A stretch of 56,360 nt of DNA, filler included, from Dugesia japonica (lineage: Eukaryota): assembly GCA_001938525.1 (NCBI GenBank). It is 4 parts of 4 records of this genome, joined end to end, with 100 filler letters (N's around TTAATTAATTAA, not from the genome) between each part and the next. Parts side by side here need not be neighbours in the genome. Positions count along the whole stretch, not along the records: positions 11,166 to 23,009 come from MQRL01579675.1; positions 23,110 to 34,562 come from MQRL01305080.1; 2 more parts are not named here. The stretch is one strand, 5' to 3'. This document shows, piece after piece, positions 12,090 through 25,170 of the stretch. A program made the translations under genes and the position numbers. The notes under the pieces are model-generated. The model made no database searches. It was not told the DNA's origin and saw nothing but the letters and a program-made list of their open reading frames with translations. The number at the start of each line of letters is the position of its first letter. Positions within the stretch are counted from its first letter, which is position 1.

Positions 12090-12532
12090 TATTTTTCAAA
12101 CTCAAAGATGTCGAAAGAATGACCTGCGGGCCGCATCTGCCTGCGGTCTCTTTTTAGAGACAATTTATAAAATAATCTATTGAGTTATTTTGAAAAAAAT
12201 GTATTTTCATCAATTTTATTATTTTTATTTTTATGTTTGTAGTTGAATATCAGATATTCTTATACATGTAATTCCAGTTTTACTTAATCTTTCATTATAT
12301 TCCAATAATCAAAATTCATTTAAATTTTAAAACAGAAGTTAGTTTATTTAAAATGTATTGTGCGACAAAACCTTTGATTGTTTTTAAATATTAATGTATT
12401 TGATTTTGTTAACCAAGTAAGTTTATTATTTCATATTTTTTAAAATTTGAATGNATTAACATGTTTACAACGAAAAATAATTGTTAATTGATTCCGGTTG
12501 GCCCACTATCCTTAAATGTTTGGACAACACTG
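12090..12532. mobile_element. Possible non-autonomous hAT-like relic
   Basis: GC-rich GCGGGCCGCATCTGCCTGCGG subterminal-type motif and a ...GTTTGGACAACACTG end typical of hAT termini. No TSD or left TIR confirmed. Confidence 0.35.
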
Positions 12533-12979
12533 TTCTAACAGACGAATAAATATTCTGTGAAAATATTTCCATAATTAATTAATGGTTAACTTTGAAAAAG
12601 TATAATATATCTTATATCTAAGTATAATATATCTATAATATCTAAAAGACTTTTCTGTATTAATCAAAAAAAATTTTTTTGAAATTATTTGAGTTGATTT
12701 AAAAATAAAAATCATTAAATTTAAAAAAAATAAACCAATAAAATTTTGATAAAATTTAAAGNNNNNNNNNNNNNNNNNNNNNNNNNNNNNNNNNNNNNNN
12801 NNNNNNNNNNNNNNNNNNNNNNNNNNNNNNNNNNNNNNNNNNNNNNNNNNNNNNNNNNNNNNNNNNNNNNNNNNNNNNNNNNNNNNNNNNNNNNNNNNNN
12901 NNNNNNNNNNNNNNNNNNNNNNNNNNNNNNNNNNNNNNNNNNNNNNNNNNNNNNNNNNNNNNNNNNNNNNNNNNNNNNN

Positions 12980-13837
12980 AATTTAGCACAATTTAGTCAT
13001 ATTGTTGGTCAGGAAACAGCATTACATATCATTACTAATATACTGGGCACATATATTCTGAAAGCAACATGTCGAAAAGAACTTGCTAGTGTCATTCACA
13101 ATGCACTATTTGATGCATATCTTAACAAATGGAAATTGAGTAATCATAGCAATATACTCATATCAAGTATCCAACTTTGCCCAATGGTTAACAAGCTGGT
13201 ATTCAGAGGCAAACTTAATGAATTTCAATGGAACTTCATTCACAGGGCCCATCTAAATAACGTATGCATATTTCCTCGTCCCTTTATCATTAATCAACGC
13301 AGTTGTTGTTATGATACAGAAGAAACCATGTCTCACGTCCTTCAAAGTTGTAAATTTAACTAAAGTTTAGTAACTGAAAGACATAATGCATGTTTAAATA
13401 AGATAGTCGATTACTTCAAATCACCACACTTAATTATTGATGTTGATAAGATCTGTTTATTTGTCAATGATTCTAAAGAACGTATCGATTTAACAATTAC
13501 CAACGATGAAAGGAAAACAATCTACTTGGCCGACATCAAATGTTCATTAGATTCAGAAAATAGCTTTCAATTGACTAATGAATGCAATTTAGTTAAAAAT
13601 GAAAATTTAAAAAGTAAAATTCAAAAAGCAAAACCAGATTACTCTGTTCAACCATTTACGTGTATTTTTGGACCTCTTGGATCAATTTCAGATGAAACAA
13701 ATAGAATTTTGGCAACTATTGATATAAAGAAAAATAAAATAAATAAATTAATAAAAGAATGTTCCATTTCCAATATCTCAAATTCTGCTAAAATTTGGTA
13801 TTTTCATAGAAATGGTGCTCTACCTTCTTTTCAATAA
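12980..13837 (+). mobile_element. 3' end of an RLE-type (NeSL/R2/R4-like) non-LTR retrotransposon, pseudogenised
   Basis: Degenerate CCHC knuckle (CCYDTEETMSHVLQSC), RHNA motif after an in-frame stop at 13361, RIDL..LADIKC (PD..D/ExK) endonuclease, GPLGSI, terminal KIWYFH. Confidence 0.85.
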
Positions 13838-14424
13838 ATTAAATGTTGAAAATCAGATAAGATTTAAAATTTGTAAATAAATTGTGTAATTTAAATATTA
13901 CTTATAATAAATTGATTTAAAATATATATAATCTATAAAATAGTGTAAATAAGTTTAAATTAATCATAAATTAAATAAAAGTAGACATTTAAAATTGAAC
14001 CTTTCAGCGACAGGACACTGGATAAATTTCAGAACAACCATTTTCCAATACTTGAATTTGAAAGAAAATTTTAAAAAAATAATAATACTTGAATTTGAAA
14101 GAAATTAAAAAAAAATTTGTTTATATAATCAGTTTGCGTAGACTTTCAAATTTAAAATAATATCAAATAATCAACAATGTGGATATGCTTCGAAGAGATT
14201 AAATGCCTTCAAAAATCGTGGGCTTCAATTTGAATCAGTTCAAGAAGAATCTGATTTAATTACAAATTCAAAGAAAACTCAAAATTTCAAGTATCGAATT
14301 GGAAATTTAGAAAACTCAATATCCAGTGCCTAAAATATCACATCACAATAATTATCACAAACAGAAGTTTAGAAGAATTATCAGTGCCACAATGACTAAT
14401 ATAAATATTTGATGGCTTATTATA

Positions 14425-14455
<31 letters not shown>

Positions 14456-15039
14456 NNNNNNNNNNNNNNNNNNNNNNNNNNNNNNNNNNNNNNNNNNNNN
14501 NNNNNNNNNNNNNNNNNNNNNNNNNNNNNNNNNNNNNNNNNNNNNNNNNNNNNNNNNNNNNAAATTATTTTTCAATGATATTAAATCAAATAAATGTAGA
14601 TATACAGATATTTGCATATCGGTGTATTTAACAACCTATTTAAATTATAGTATGCAAAAGCCCATAATAATCTTTCATAGATTATTATCATAAAATATGT
14701 CCCCATAAATGCAAATCCAATCAATCCATTTTCGATATTTCATGCTCTTAACTATAAAAACGAAAGAATCTAACCGATACTAGCAAAAAATTGAAAATTT
14801 TCAGATAAATGATGTAATTAAATATTGAAAAATAGTTTTTCAAATTTTGAGCAAATTTTGAGCTTGAAGATTCAGATCGATCTAGACAACTTTCGCAAGT
14901 GATGATAACCGAATCAAGACCGATTAATATCAATACAAAGTTGACTGCAGCTGAATTTGAGGATAAGATTGATTTTCTAAAAATCAAGGTACACAATCCT
15001 TTGGTCAAAATATAAAAGGTTTTCATGTATGATACTTTT

Positions 15040-15660
15040 TATCTCATCACTTGTCCAAGGCAAATTGTATGAATCGTTTTTTTAATATTCTCCGGTCTTC
15101 AAAAAACGCCATAAAGTCATTTTATTTCTTAAACAACTCATAATTAAGGATACAAAGTGGATAGTTTATGAAAAAAGTCGTTCAAGAAAGATCTTTATGA
15201 CACTTATACAATATTCTACAAACTATAAATTCATTAGTTTTATAAAGGATTCATAAAGTCATGGTATGGGTTTGGTGTAATATAAATGAGTAGTATTAAC
15301 CTATACAACAGAACCAAACCATAAATTCTAATGTTTACCGATTCAAACTTGATAATATAAACGAAAGTAATGAAGAGAAACTACCGGAACTGGCAGAGAG
15401 AAAGGGGGTAAGATAGGTAAGATAGTGCGAAACCTTACGAGTCTCTGAGAACTTGTCCTATGATAAAAAAGCTTGCTTAGAATGTGTTTCTTCACCATCC
15501 AAAATATACAGATTTTGCGTTATAGGATTTTTAACAATCCCTGTAGAACTCAATAAATGAAAATTCATTTAGAAATTATACAATTATTTATGTATTTATA
15601 AAAGGAGGTTTTTCAGTGAAAACCAATACAATTTTTATCACTGTTATATTTTGAAATAGT
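15040..15660 (+). mobile_element. Mariner transposase relic
   Basis: FLKQLIIKDTKWIVYE, KVMVWVW, PELAERKGV, DSAKP and HHPKYTDFAL correspond to mariner TGDEKW, DNARPH and HPPYSPDLAP motifs. Confidence 0.7.
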
Positions 15661-16539
15661 ATGATAATTAAAAATTAAAATTTTTATGATGGTCCTCAAA
15701 ACGTTATATTGACCAAACGGATAGTGAATGAAGATTTTATAATCTAATAATATTATTAAAAAGAAATATTTATTATTATAAAGTTTATTCAAAAAATCCA
15801 TCAGAAAACAAACCTCTTTAATCAATGAGATTGGTTTATATAAATCAGAAAAATTAAAAATAAATATTAAAGAAATATCGTTTTTGATGTTGATACAAAT
15901 TTTCTATCACAAATGACCGGAGTTATAATAAAAATAAATACATTAAAAATTTTGGGACTATTGTTTGTAATTATATACTGTTGCTAATTATTAGAAATTT
16001 AGATGTTAAATCAATGAAAAGTAAGAGTGAACGCTTAAAGTCATTCTATATAAATTGACTATAGAAATAATTAAAATAATAATGACAATACTTCATAGAT
16101 ATCCATTAGTATTTCGATAAAAGTAAATATTTTTAGAGTTTTTAAATCGACTCGGAAAAATATATTGTATATATAAATATATTTATATTTATATTATATT
16201 ATATTTTCAATTTAATATTATTATATTTAAATTAATATTTTTCATTATCATAGAATATTGTAATATTTATTTATATAAATGCGTAAGCAACTATAACGAT
16301 AAATTTCCAATTTGGAGAAATTATCAAATTAAAAATTATCAAAATCCAAACTGTAGAAGGTTTCTATCTATAAACTTTGCCTAAACATTGATAAACATTG
16401 ATTAGTGAACAGCTAGTAAAATACAAGAATTTTCACAAAGCTTATGGTAAATGAGATTAGTTTTAACATGAAACATTTCTTTCACATTATACAGAGATAA
16501 ATAGATAAATAGTTTTACTAAACAAAACATAACACTCAA

Positions 16540-17010
16540 GTTCTTGACGACCTTACATTGACCCATTGGGTTAATTTATTATCTGAATATTAGAACCCAA
16601 CCAACCATCCACAAAGTCTGCTTGAAAGTTGTTTAAATACTCAATTGCAGTTTTAATATCATCTAATTTTTGCTTTGGATTGAAGACCTTCTAATAATTT
16701 TTTTCTTCATATTTATAAATTTCACATGGATTATAATTAACATTATGTTCTCTTATAATTCCAAGGTATTTCTAAGCATCGTCTTCAACATTGACAATAT
16801 TGCAGATGCTCTTTTCCTCAATAACAATATCATTTCCTGTAAATATTTTATATCTCCAAGTGATTGTGAGATTTGTAAATTTAATTGGTTTGATTTTCAT
16901 TCTAACCCATTTTATTATTTCAATCGTTTTTTTACGATTAATTGAAATATCTTCTTATTATAGATTATAAGGGATAAGTCATCTGCATATATCGGCGTTG
17001 TGAGCAGTGT
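16540..17010 (-). mobile_element. Reverse transcriptase relic of an RLE-type non-LTR element
   Basis: Minus strand IYADDLSL, WVRMKIKPIK, *KYLG and FNPKQKL (RT motifs 5-7 and thumb). Confidence 0.7.
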
Positions 17011-17560
17011 TGAAAAGCAAGTTGAAATTTTTGTGTGATTGGTGATCTTATTTTTAAAATATTTTGTTTAAAAGAGAGATCTAAATTATGGACGAAAACT
17101 TTAAATAAACAAATATTTGTTTTAAGGATAAATTAAAATTATTGAATATAAGTTTAACTTTTTAATAAATGAAAATTTTAAAGTAGTTAAAATTTTATCG
17201 TAAATTTTTAAAGGACAATTAAGAAAATAAATAAAATGTTTTTAAATGGATCAAATTAATTTTAATAAATAAAATCTTAATAGTTAAAATGTTGTCGCAA
17301 ATTTTTAAAAATTAATCTTAATAAATAAAACTTTCAATTTTTAATTTTAGAANNNNNNNNNNNNNNNNNNNNNNNNNNNNNNNNNNNNNNNNNNNNNNNN
17401 NNAATAATGTTGGTTATAGTTTTGATTTTAATAAAGTATTTCTTATGAATTCGGATTTTGATATTGATAATACGGCGAGTGTTCCAAATCCAACTAACAG
17501 GCGTATTGTATTTATTATACGTACCTGTTTTATTTTTTTGAACAGCTCTGTATTTATAAC

Positions 17561-18400
17561 AATCTATCTTTTATATAAATAAAAATAAAAATTTAAATGT
17601 TCGATTGTTCAAAATCGATAAACTCCAAAACTTTTTCACCGATTGTCTTGAAATTTGACACAATGTTAATTTCGAATCCATACATGTTCATAGATATCTA
17701 TTAAATTTTAATATGCCTATGCAAATTTTTTTTAATGAATCTAATTAATTCATTGTGAAATTTGATTTGTTTGAATATTATTTAACTTAACAATATTTTT
17801 TAATCTAATTTAAATGAATTACTTATTATATCAAAAGTTGATAAAAATAATGTAAGGTAATATCATTTAATTTTCGTTTCATTTTTAATATTATAATATA
17901 AGTTTTATAATTTTTTATTATTAATATTTGAATTGAAATATCTGTAGATTACAAATGTTGGCCTGAAATTGAAAATTTAATTCGAACTCGATTAGGATTT
18001 TTTGTTTCAGATCCTCATATTTTAGAGAGAATAAAATCAATCATAAAACAATTTTTACTTATGGTAAATTGTTGAATTTATTACAACAATATCTAGACAA
18101 AATCAGATTTGATTGCATAAAGTTGGAAATCGATTTATTAATACGAAAAACTAAAATCCTTTTGTATATTACGAATGTTATGTGCCGGTAGAATACGATC
18201 ATGTAGTTTTTACTAAGGTGATTTTTTAGATGAAAGTGTAAGAACAGCTTTAATTACTAGAATAATCACATCGATAAATATTGAAAATCGCGAATTCACT
18301 GTTGCTGTTTGCCAAATTAAAAATATCAATCAAATATTTTTAATAAACGGGTATACCTCTGATTCTTATCACAACTTCAGCAGTAATCTTATCAATTAAT
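17561..18400 (+). mobile_element. Internally deleted Helitron relic
   Basis: 5' TCTATC..ATATAAAT..AAATGTTCG.TTGTTC end shared with 18821-18864. Degenerate Rep (WPEIENL..DPHILERI) and helicase-like remnants. Confidence 0.45.
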
Positions 18401-18820
18401 TTTTTTTTAAATAATAAATTATAAGAAATTATTTTCGCATTGTATCACTTTAAACATGATTTTTATCTTTCACAATTCATAATATTTTATATTTATAAAA
18501 TTATAATTACGTAAATAATGAATTTTAGATCTAATCCATACACACTGGTTAGAAATAAGTCTATTTGCCTCCATAAATAGCTACAATAAACTTTTCATGA
18601 TTTGGTTTATCAATGAAAAATGGTCATTATGAAATTTGGTCCTAATACGACGACGTCTTTGGGGCCTCTAAAATAAAGTGGTTAGGTCAGGTTTTACAGT
18701 CTATTTTTAAGCGATGAATTCGGTATAACCTTTTCTTAAAGAGACGGCAAGAATGGCACTAACTGCTCACTGTTCATTGAGCTATGTGTAGAGGTTGTAA
18801 TTTTTCACTATATAAATTTT

Positions 18821-19228
18821 CATCATATAAAAATGTAAATGTTCGTTTGTTCATAATCGAAATAAGTAGGGACATAGTGGCGCACTACACCAAACCCCTC
18901 CCCCCGGGGGGGGGCGGTTGGACAATGTTTGGTAAANNNNNNNNNNNNNNNNNNNNNNNNNNNNNNNNNNNNNNNNNNNNNNNNNNCCAAAACTTTTTCT
19001 AACCCCCCCCACCCCCCGGGGGAGGGGGTTTGGTGTAGTGCGCCACTATGTCCCTACTGAAATACTCCAAGCAATCTTTAACTCCACACAAACAATGGAA
19101 CAACAAAAAATATTATATATCCACAAGTATTGTAAAGTTAAATATATTAGAAACGTATTCATTCTCGTTTCTTTTCTGTTTCATTCAACCAAACTGAACC
19201 ACAGTAACGCGTGGGCCGGTATGGCTAG
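18821..19228 (+). mobile_element. Non-autonomous Helitron interrupted by a TIR element
   Basis: 5' TC..ATATAAAAATGTAAATGTTCGTTTGTTC start. 3' GC-rich AACGCGTGGGCCGG followed by CTAG|T terminus. Confidence 0.6.
18865..19058. mobile_element. GC-rich TIR element with AG...CT ends and 6-bp TSD (Polinton/Maverick-like termini), centre hidden by an N gap
   Basis: AGTAGGGACATAGTGGCGCACTACACCAAACCCCTCCCCCGGGGGG and its reverse complement at the other end. TSD GAAATA at 18859-18864 and 19059-19064. Confidence 0.85.
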
Positions 19229-20222
19229 TATTAAATAAAAAAGCATATCTAAAAATATGGCAAAAGTTGTGTTCAGTATATCGTTCGATTCTTCCGCGAT
19301 CTCCTTTGATTTCGATGTATATTATTTTCTTCTATTAGCCAATCAATTATTTGCTTGCATAAAAGGTGGTTAAAATCTCGTACGAAGTATTGAGCAAGGT
19401 AATAGATCTCAATTAATTACATTTTTGTCATCATTTTTACCGGGTTTAGATATTAATATTGTGTTCGACAAGGTAGGGTCATTTATTAGTTTTAATAATT
19501 ATACTGAATAGATAGTTGAGAATATTTCCCGTTCCATCCATATTCTTAACATATCATAATTTATTCTCTCTCGGCCGGGAACGGAATTTATTTTCTCATT
19601 TTTCTTAATTTATTATTTACCGAGAAGATGGATTGTTAAAAATGTATTATTAGAATTATTAGCAAATGAATAAGTAAATGGGACTTCTTATTTTTAAAAT
19701 ATTATGACTTGCTATATAAATTTGATGAAAGAGGTCAAATCTAATTTTTTTTATTTAAAACTGTTAATAATTTGATTATTAATTCATATTAATCGGTGTA
19801 AGTAAATTCATTATTTAAGTATTAATATCTTCCTGGAGATACCACTCTTTATTTAAAACTTTGCCATTTTACACTTTAATATATCAGTTATTACATTGTT
19901 CATTTGTATATGAAAACATAATTTTATCCGCATGACAATCGTACATATTCCAATGTTTCTTCACTCTTTTTCTTATCAGATATCATTCCTAATCATTAAT
20001 TATGGTAATACGTGTCTCATCTGAGAATAAAACAGACTACCAAAATTCCTTGGGCCTATTTATATATTTATTACAAAATTTACAAACAGTTGTAATTAGA
20101 TAACTAAAAAACCAGTGATGTTTTTCATAAAAATATTTGGACATATTTCCTTTTCTATTATATAATTCTGATAAATCCATGATTTAAATAAGTATATTCC
20201 CTAAAGTTTACTTTTCTCGTTT

Positions 20223-20223
20223 A

Positions 20224-20291
<68 letters not shown>

Positions 20292-20341
20292 NNNNNNNNN
20301 NNNNNNNNNNNNNNNNNNNNNNNNNNNNNNNNNNNNNNNNN

Positions 20342-20399
<58 letters not shown>

Positions 20400-20411
20400 A
20401 TTATTATTATT
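20223..20411 (+). repeat. (ATT)n microsatellite spanning a gap (others at about 2889-2978, 14425-14455, 45935-46225)
   Basis: Direct reading. Confidence 0.95.
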
Positions 20412-20669
20412 GGAATAATAATTATAATGCACTTTTGAAAACATTACTTTTTATTTATTTTCATTTTGAGTCTTTCAATTTGATTTCTCATCAATATTGG
20501 CCATTTTAATGGTCCTATGTTTTTTAGGTGTTTCAAAGTTATTTAAGTTTCTGTGGAATGAGCATAAGAAACGCCCAAATTTATCGACAATCGCAATTGG
20601 AGACGAGAAGAAATCAGGTTTTATAATATTTTATAATTGAAATTCTATTAAAAAACATTTTAATTTAAA

Positions 20670-20790
20670 TGCATATATTTAATGAAAAAACGCAATTTTT
20701 TAATATTTTTATTTGTAATACATGTTTCGAACAAAACAATGCTCATCATAAGTTATAGTTGTAAAATAAGAAGGAAATTTTTTATATATA
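20670..20790 (-). mobile_element. Second copy of PLE pLTR family B with degenerate hammerhead (20715-20756)
   Basis: AUAA-CUUAUGA-U-GAGCA..UGUUC-GAAAC-AU-GU-A-UUAC. Flanks match 11221-11350. Confidence 0.6.
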
Positions 20791-22109
20791 GGATCAAAAT
20801 ATTAACAAACAACAAGATAGATGCCTCTTCAAAGACCGTTCTGAGTTTCCAAGAGTTAGCACATAAGGTTTTCTGCAACGTTTATTGATCGTTTGGCTGT
20901 CTGTAATGAATTTTACGTTACGCTTTCTTACCTTTTCCTTCTAAACCTTTAAAATGACATCTAATTTCATATTAACATTCTCCAAACAGTTGTTAAGTTG
21001 ACCTTATGAAATATAAAGCCTTGTGTGTTTCATAAAGAATTCATTAGCATCACACAAAGTTCAGTCACAGGAATATGTGAATGATAATTTTCCAGATCAC
21101 ATAATTATATTATATTAAAAAATTTAATTTAGTAATGTAATTTTATTGTAATATATTTCTTTTTATAGAATAAATAAAGTTCATAGAATTTTTAAATTTA
21201 TAATTTTTTGTAAATATATTTTAAAAATGGATTTCACGAATTGAAATTGATTTTCAGACTATTTGGCTCTTGCTTATTTTGTTTGAATAAACAAAACAAT
21301 TAATCAATGTATTTTTGATTTAAATAAATTAAGAGTATGAATAAAAGTTTTATATTCTATCACGAGCGTCTCTGACTTACCTGACAATTGTAATTCATTA
21401 AAATATTAGAAATAAAAATTTGCTCATTTTATATAAATATCTAATATGTTGTTAATGTAATTAATTTTTTTAATTATCATTTTAATTTTTTAAACGTATT
21501 GATTCAATTTCTCCCCTTGGAATAAATTCATCTAAATTTAATGCTTCACTAATCATTTAGAATTTTTGAAAACCGGAAACGCTAAATGGTAATTATTCAC
21601 CGATAATATTTTTTATTTTCAAAATATTGAATATAATTTGTATTTAATTTCAAATGGATTTTCATTCTAATGTTATCATATTAATTGTTTTTTATAATAA
21701 TTTTAATTTTAACTTTAATTTTTATATTATTATGTTCCATTTAGTAAATATATGCGTACTATCTGAATAAATAATTAAATAATAAATAATATCATCAATA
21801 TGATAAAACAACAATTGAAAAATTATAAATTATTAGATTTATTCACAATGTAATGACATAAATGCATGCAGTCACACACTCAAATATTCGTTAGCATACA
21901 TTTATATATAAAAATATACATACACAAATACAGACATGTTAGCATAAACAAATATGTGGTTCTAAATAACTAATGGGGAGTCCACAAATTTGCCCGTATT
22001 GTATTACATGTTTCATTCTTTACTTATAATAAATATTAAACTCAATAAAATAAACTTGTTTTAATAAATTCAATCATATTTGTAACCTATGATCATGTGC
22101 TAATATCAT

Positions 22110-22700
22110 TACTAAATTTTATAATCGTCAACCCAAATAAATACTTTTTTAATATGGAAATCGACAATCACTACCCACGTTATGTTCTCTGTTTTTTCGT
22201 TTTGGGTTAGAAATGAAACTTCTCCAATCTGTTTTTTGGACAGAATTGTCACTGATGACGAAATATAGATAGTCTATAATAATGCCAAACAACAGTGACA
22301 TTGGGCAGATGCATAGAAGCATGCCTGAGAATTATATGTTCAACCACACTCGAAAATAACAACTCTACAGAAAATTACTATGTATAATTGGAAACTTCTT
22401 CCGCATTCAATTTATTCTTCAAGTATATCCTTTATTTTTGGCACTTCAAGATTTGTTTGGTTGGAAAAAGATTTCATAGAAAAGATGAAGTCGAAATAAA
22501 GGCATCTGGGTTTTTTACTTCAAATCCCATATCCTTTTATACATATTTTTTTAAAAAACTTGTAAGATGGCAAAATATTGTAGAAAATGATGGAAAATAT
22601 ATCCTTTATTAAAGCATCATATTTGATGTTCAATTTTTCTTATTTATATTTTTATATAAATTTACCAATACGCACAAATTTATGAATTGATCTTTTAGTC
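22110..22700 (+). mobile_element. Internally deleted mariner relic
   Basis: LDRIVTDDEI*IVYNN, WKLLPHSIYS, and C-terminal KLVRWQNIVENDGKYI. Confidence 0.7.
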
Positions 22701-23009
22701 AAATTATTCTTTAGAGAATTATGAAAGAAACATGATTAAGATTTTTTAACACATATAATGAATGAGCTTTTTATGATACAATCGTAAATTTCTGCTTTCA
22801 CGTCTGCATATTAGAACTTGTTTATTCTATTCTAATTTTAGTACATCAAACGCATTTGAGTTAATTTTTGTATAACACTTTCGTATTTCTAGTAAGTAAT
22901 ATGATGATTACCGAAAAACTGAAGCGCATAAAAAGATTTTTAGAATTTCAAACAAGTTTAGTAACTTAACAGAAATCCATTTTTACGTATTGTGTAGAAT
23001 TATAATATT

Positions 23010-23109
23010 NNNNNNNNNNNNNNNNNNNNNNNNNNNNNNNNNNNNNNNNNNNNTTAATTAATTAANNNNNNNNNNNNNNNNNNNNNNNNNNNNNNNNNNN
23101 NNNNNNNNN
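23010..23109. other. Artificial scaffolding spacer 44N-TTAATTAATTAA-44N
   Basis: Same as 11066-11165. Confidence 0.95.
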
Positions 23110-24179
23110 ATATATAAATATATATGTCATACTGAGCCACCCATACATACAGGATTATAACGCTTTTTAATGTATTTTAATTAATATGAAGGTATTTTTG
23201 CTATTTTATGTAATTAAAATTTAAAATAAAAAAATGTTATTATGTTAGATTATGTATTATTATTATGTATTATATATTATTAATCAAGCAAAATATCTTT
23301 GAAAAGACCGCGATTTGGAAATTACTTCTCTTAACAAACATATGCCAGTTTATTCATACATAAAATCAATAATACTTATACATAATATACCGTATTTAAT
23401 TATAATTATACAATAAAAAAAAACAGTTTTCACTGATTTAATATTATATTTTAAAAAATAAACTTTAATGATTCATAAGTATTAGAAATTCAAAAATATT
23501 TCTCGGTTATAAAATACATTTAAAAATTAAATGATAAACAGAGTACAGTTGTACAAACAATATCAATTTCCCATGAAATTCTGAAAAGAAAAACTCACAT
23601 GTATACAGTCGAATATTGGTGAGAATGTTTTAGAATATGACTTTCTATTTGGAATAATAGTTAGTGAGAAATTAACATATTCAATAGGTTTTACATATTG
23701 TATTGTTTCATGAAAATGTATCAACTATTGTTTAACAGATTAACAAGTAATTATTTGATTTGTGTAATCAAATGTGTATTAATCTCATAAAACTTATGAT
23801 CAATTTGAAACATTTAATGAAAACTTATTATTAAGACCACTCTGGAGATTAACTTTTAAAATGTAGAATTTATGATATTCATTGTACTTAACACTAATAC
23901 CTTTTGGACTATTCTAGATTAACTCTACGGAAATAACGGAAATTTTCTTTATTTACGTGGCATTTCATTCGTTTAAACTCATATTAATCATGCTAGCCTA
24001 ATTAAAAGAATCGATGAAGCTACCATATTGTAGATATAAACCTATATATATTCTACATCCAAACCTTAAAAAAGTGGATTTGTTATTTTACAGTAAATAA
24101 GAAAGTAAAGTTATATTTTCAATATATATATACAACATGATACAACAATGATTGAAGTCATTAATGATTAATATTGACA

Positions 24180-25170
24180 ACAGTTCCTCTTGAAACAATA
24201 TCTGGTTAATGATCCGAGATTTCGTGCTAAAGGGAGAAGTAAGTATTTTTCTTCAGTAGACCAAAATGTTGTTTACAGTACGGTCCCCAATGCATCCAGG
24301 TCATTCGATATAGATTTTTGGCTTCGTTTATTCAAAGAATAAAACAAGCCGAAATCATTAATGTTTAATTCTGGAGATTGAACCGGCTGGTTAGTAACTG
24401 TGACGGTTGTAAGTTCTTTTTACCAACATGTGGACGAGCATTATCCATTTGATTAAAAACATTTTTGCACCAGTGCATCTTGTTTGAGATTGCAGGCATG
24501 ATTTTATTATACATCAGCTTGTAAAAGATCGAAGAAGTTATTGTGTAATAAACTTTGTAAACATCACCTATTGTGTGGTTTTTTGAAGATCGCTGGGCTA
24601 CTTAGTCTTCTTGCATTCTCCAAATGCTGGTTAGACCGTTGAAATAATTAACAGCATTTGGTTTGGCAACAGTAGTTATTATCATAATTTTAGGAATATT
24701 AACCTTGCTTATTAAGGTTTATTTCTTCCTTAAGCTATTCTCACAATATCTTTCATGACTGAAGGAATACAATTCAAACCATTTTTCACCAATGTCTACA
24801 TAATCATCCCATGTATTAACACAACTTCAATCTTTTAACCTTTTGATCATCTGTTAAAAGTGAGCATATTCTTTAAGGTACGAATCTGAATTCTTCATCT
24901 TTAATTATTCTTTGGACACTAGTTGTTGGAAAAGCTGTCACAGATGTTACTAGAGCGACGCTTACGAACGGCATTTGTTACTGATGCCACCTGTTCTTCG
25001 TAGTTTGCAACATGAGGTCAGCCATAGCCTTGTTTTCTTGTGATTGTACCACGTTCAAAAATATTTTCCCACAAATTTCTAACATAGTTATTATTGACAT
25101 TGAATGCCTGGCATAATTCTATGACCACTGAGTATTCTGGTTCCCCCTTCTACATTTTAAAAAGTAAAAT
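24180..25170 (-). mobile_element. DD39D (plant-mariner-like) Tc1/mariner transposase relic
   Basis: YVDIGEKWF, IPKIMIITTVAKP, KIMPAI, QMDNARPH and QPVQSPELNINDFGLFYSL correspond to DD39D motifs HIDEKWF, KVMFLxAVARP, QQDNAxPH and QPPNSPDLNVLDLGFF. Confidence 0.75.

Noticed and set aside
14160-14990. Exon-like plus-strand stretches (14160-14330 and 14850-14988)
   Set aside because: Coding-like composition, but I could not build an in-frame acceptor/donor model or assign homology.
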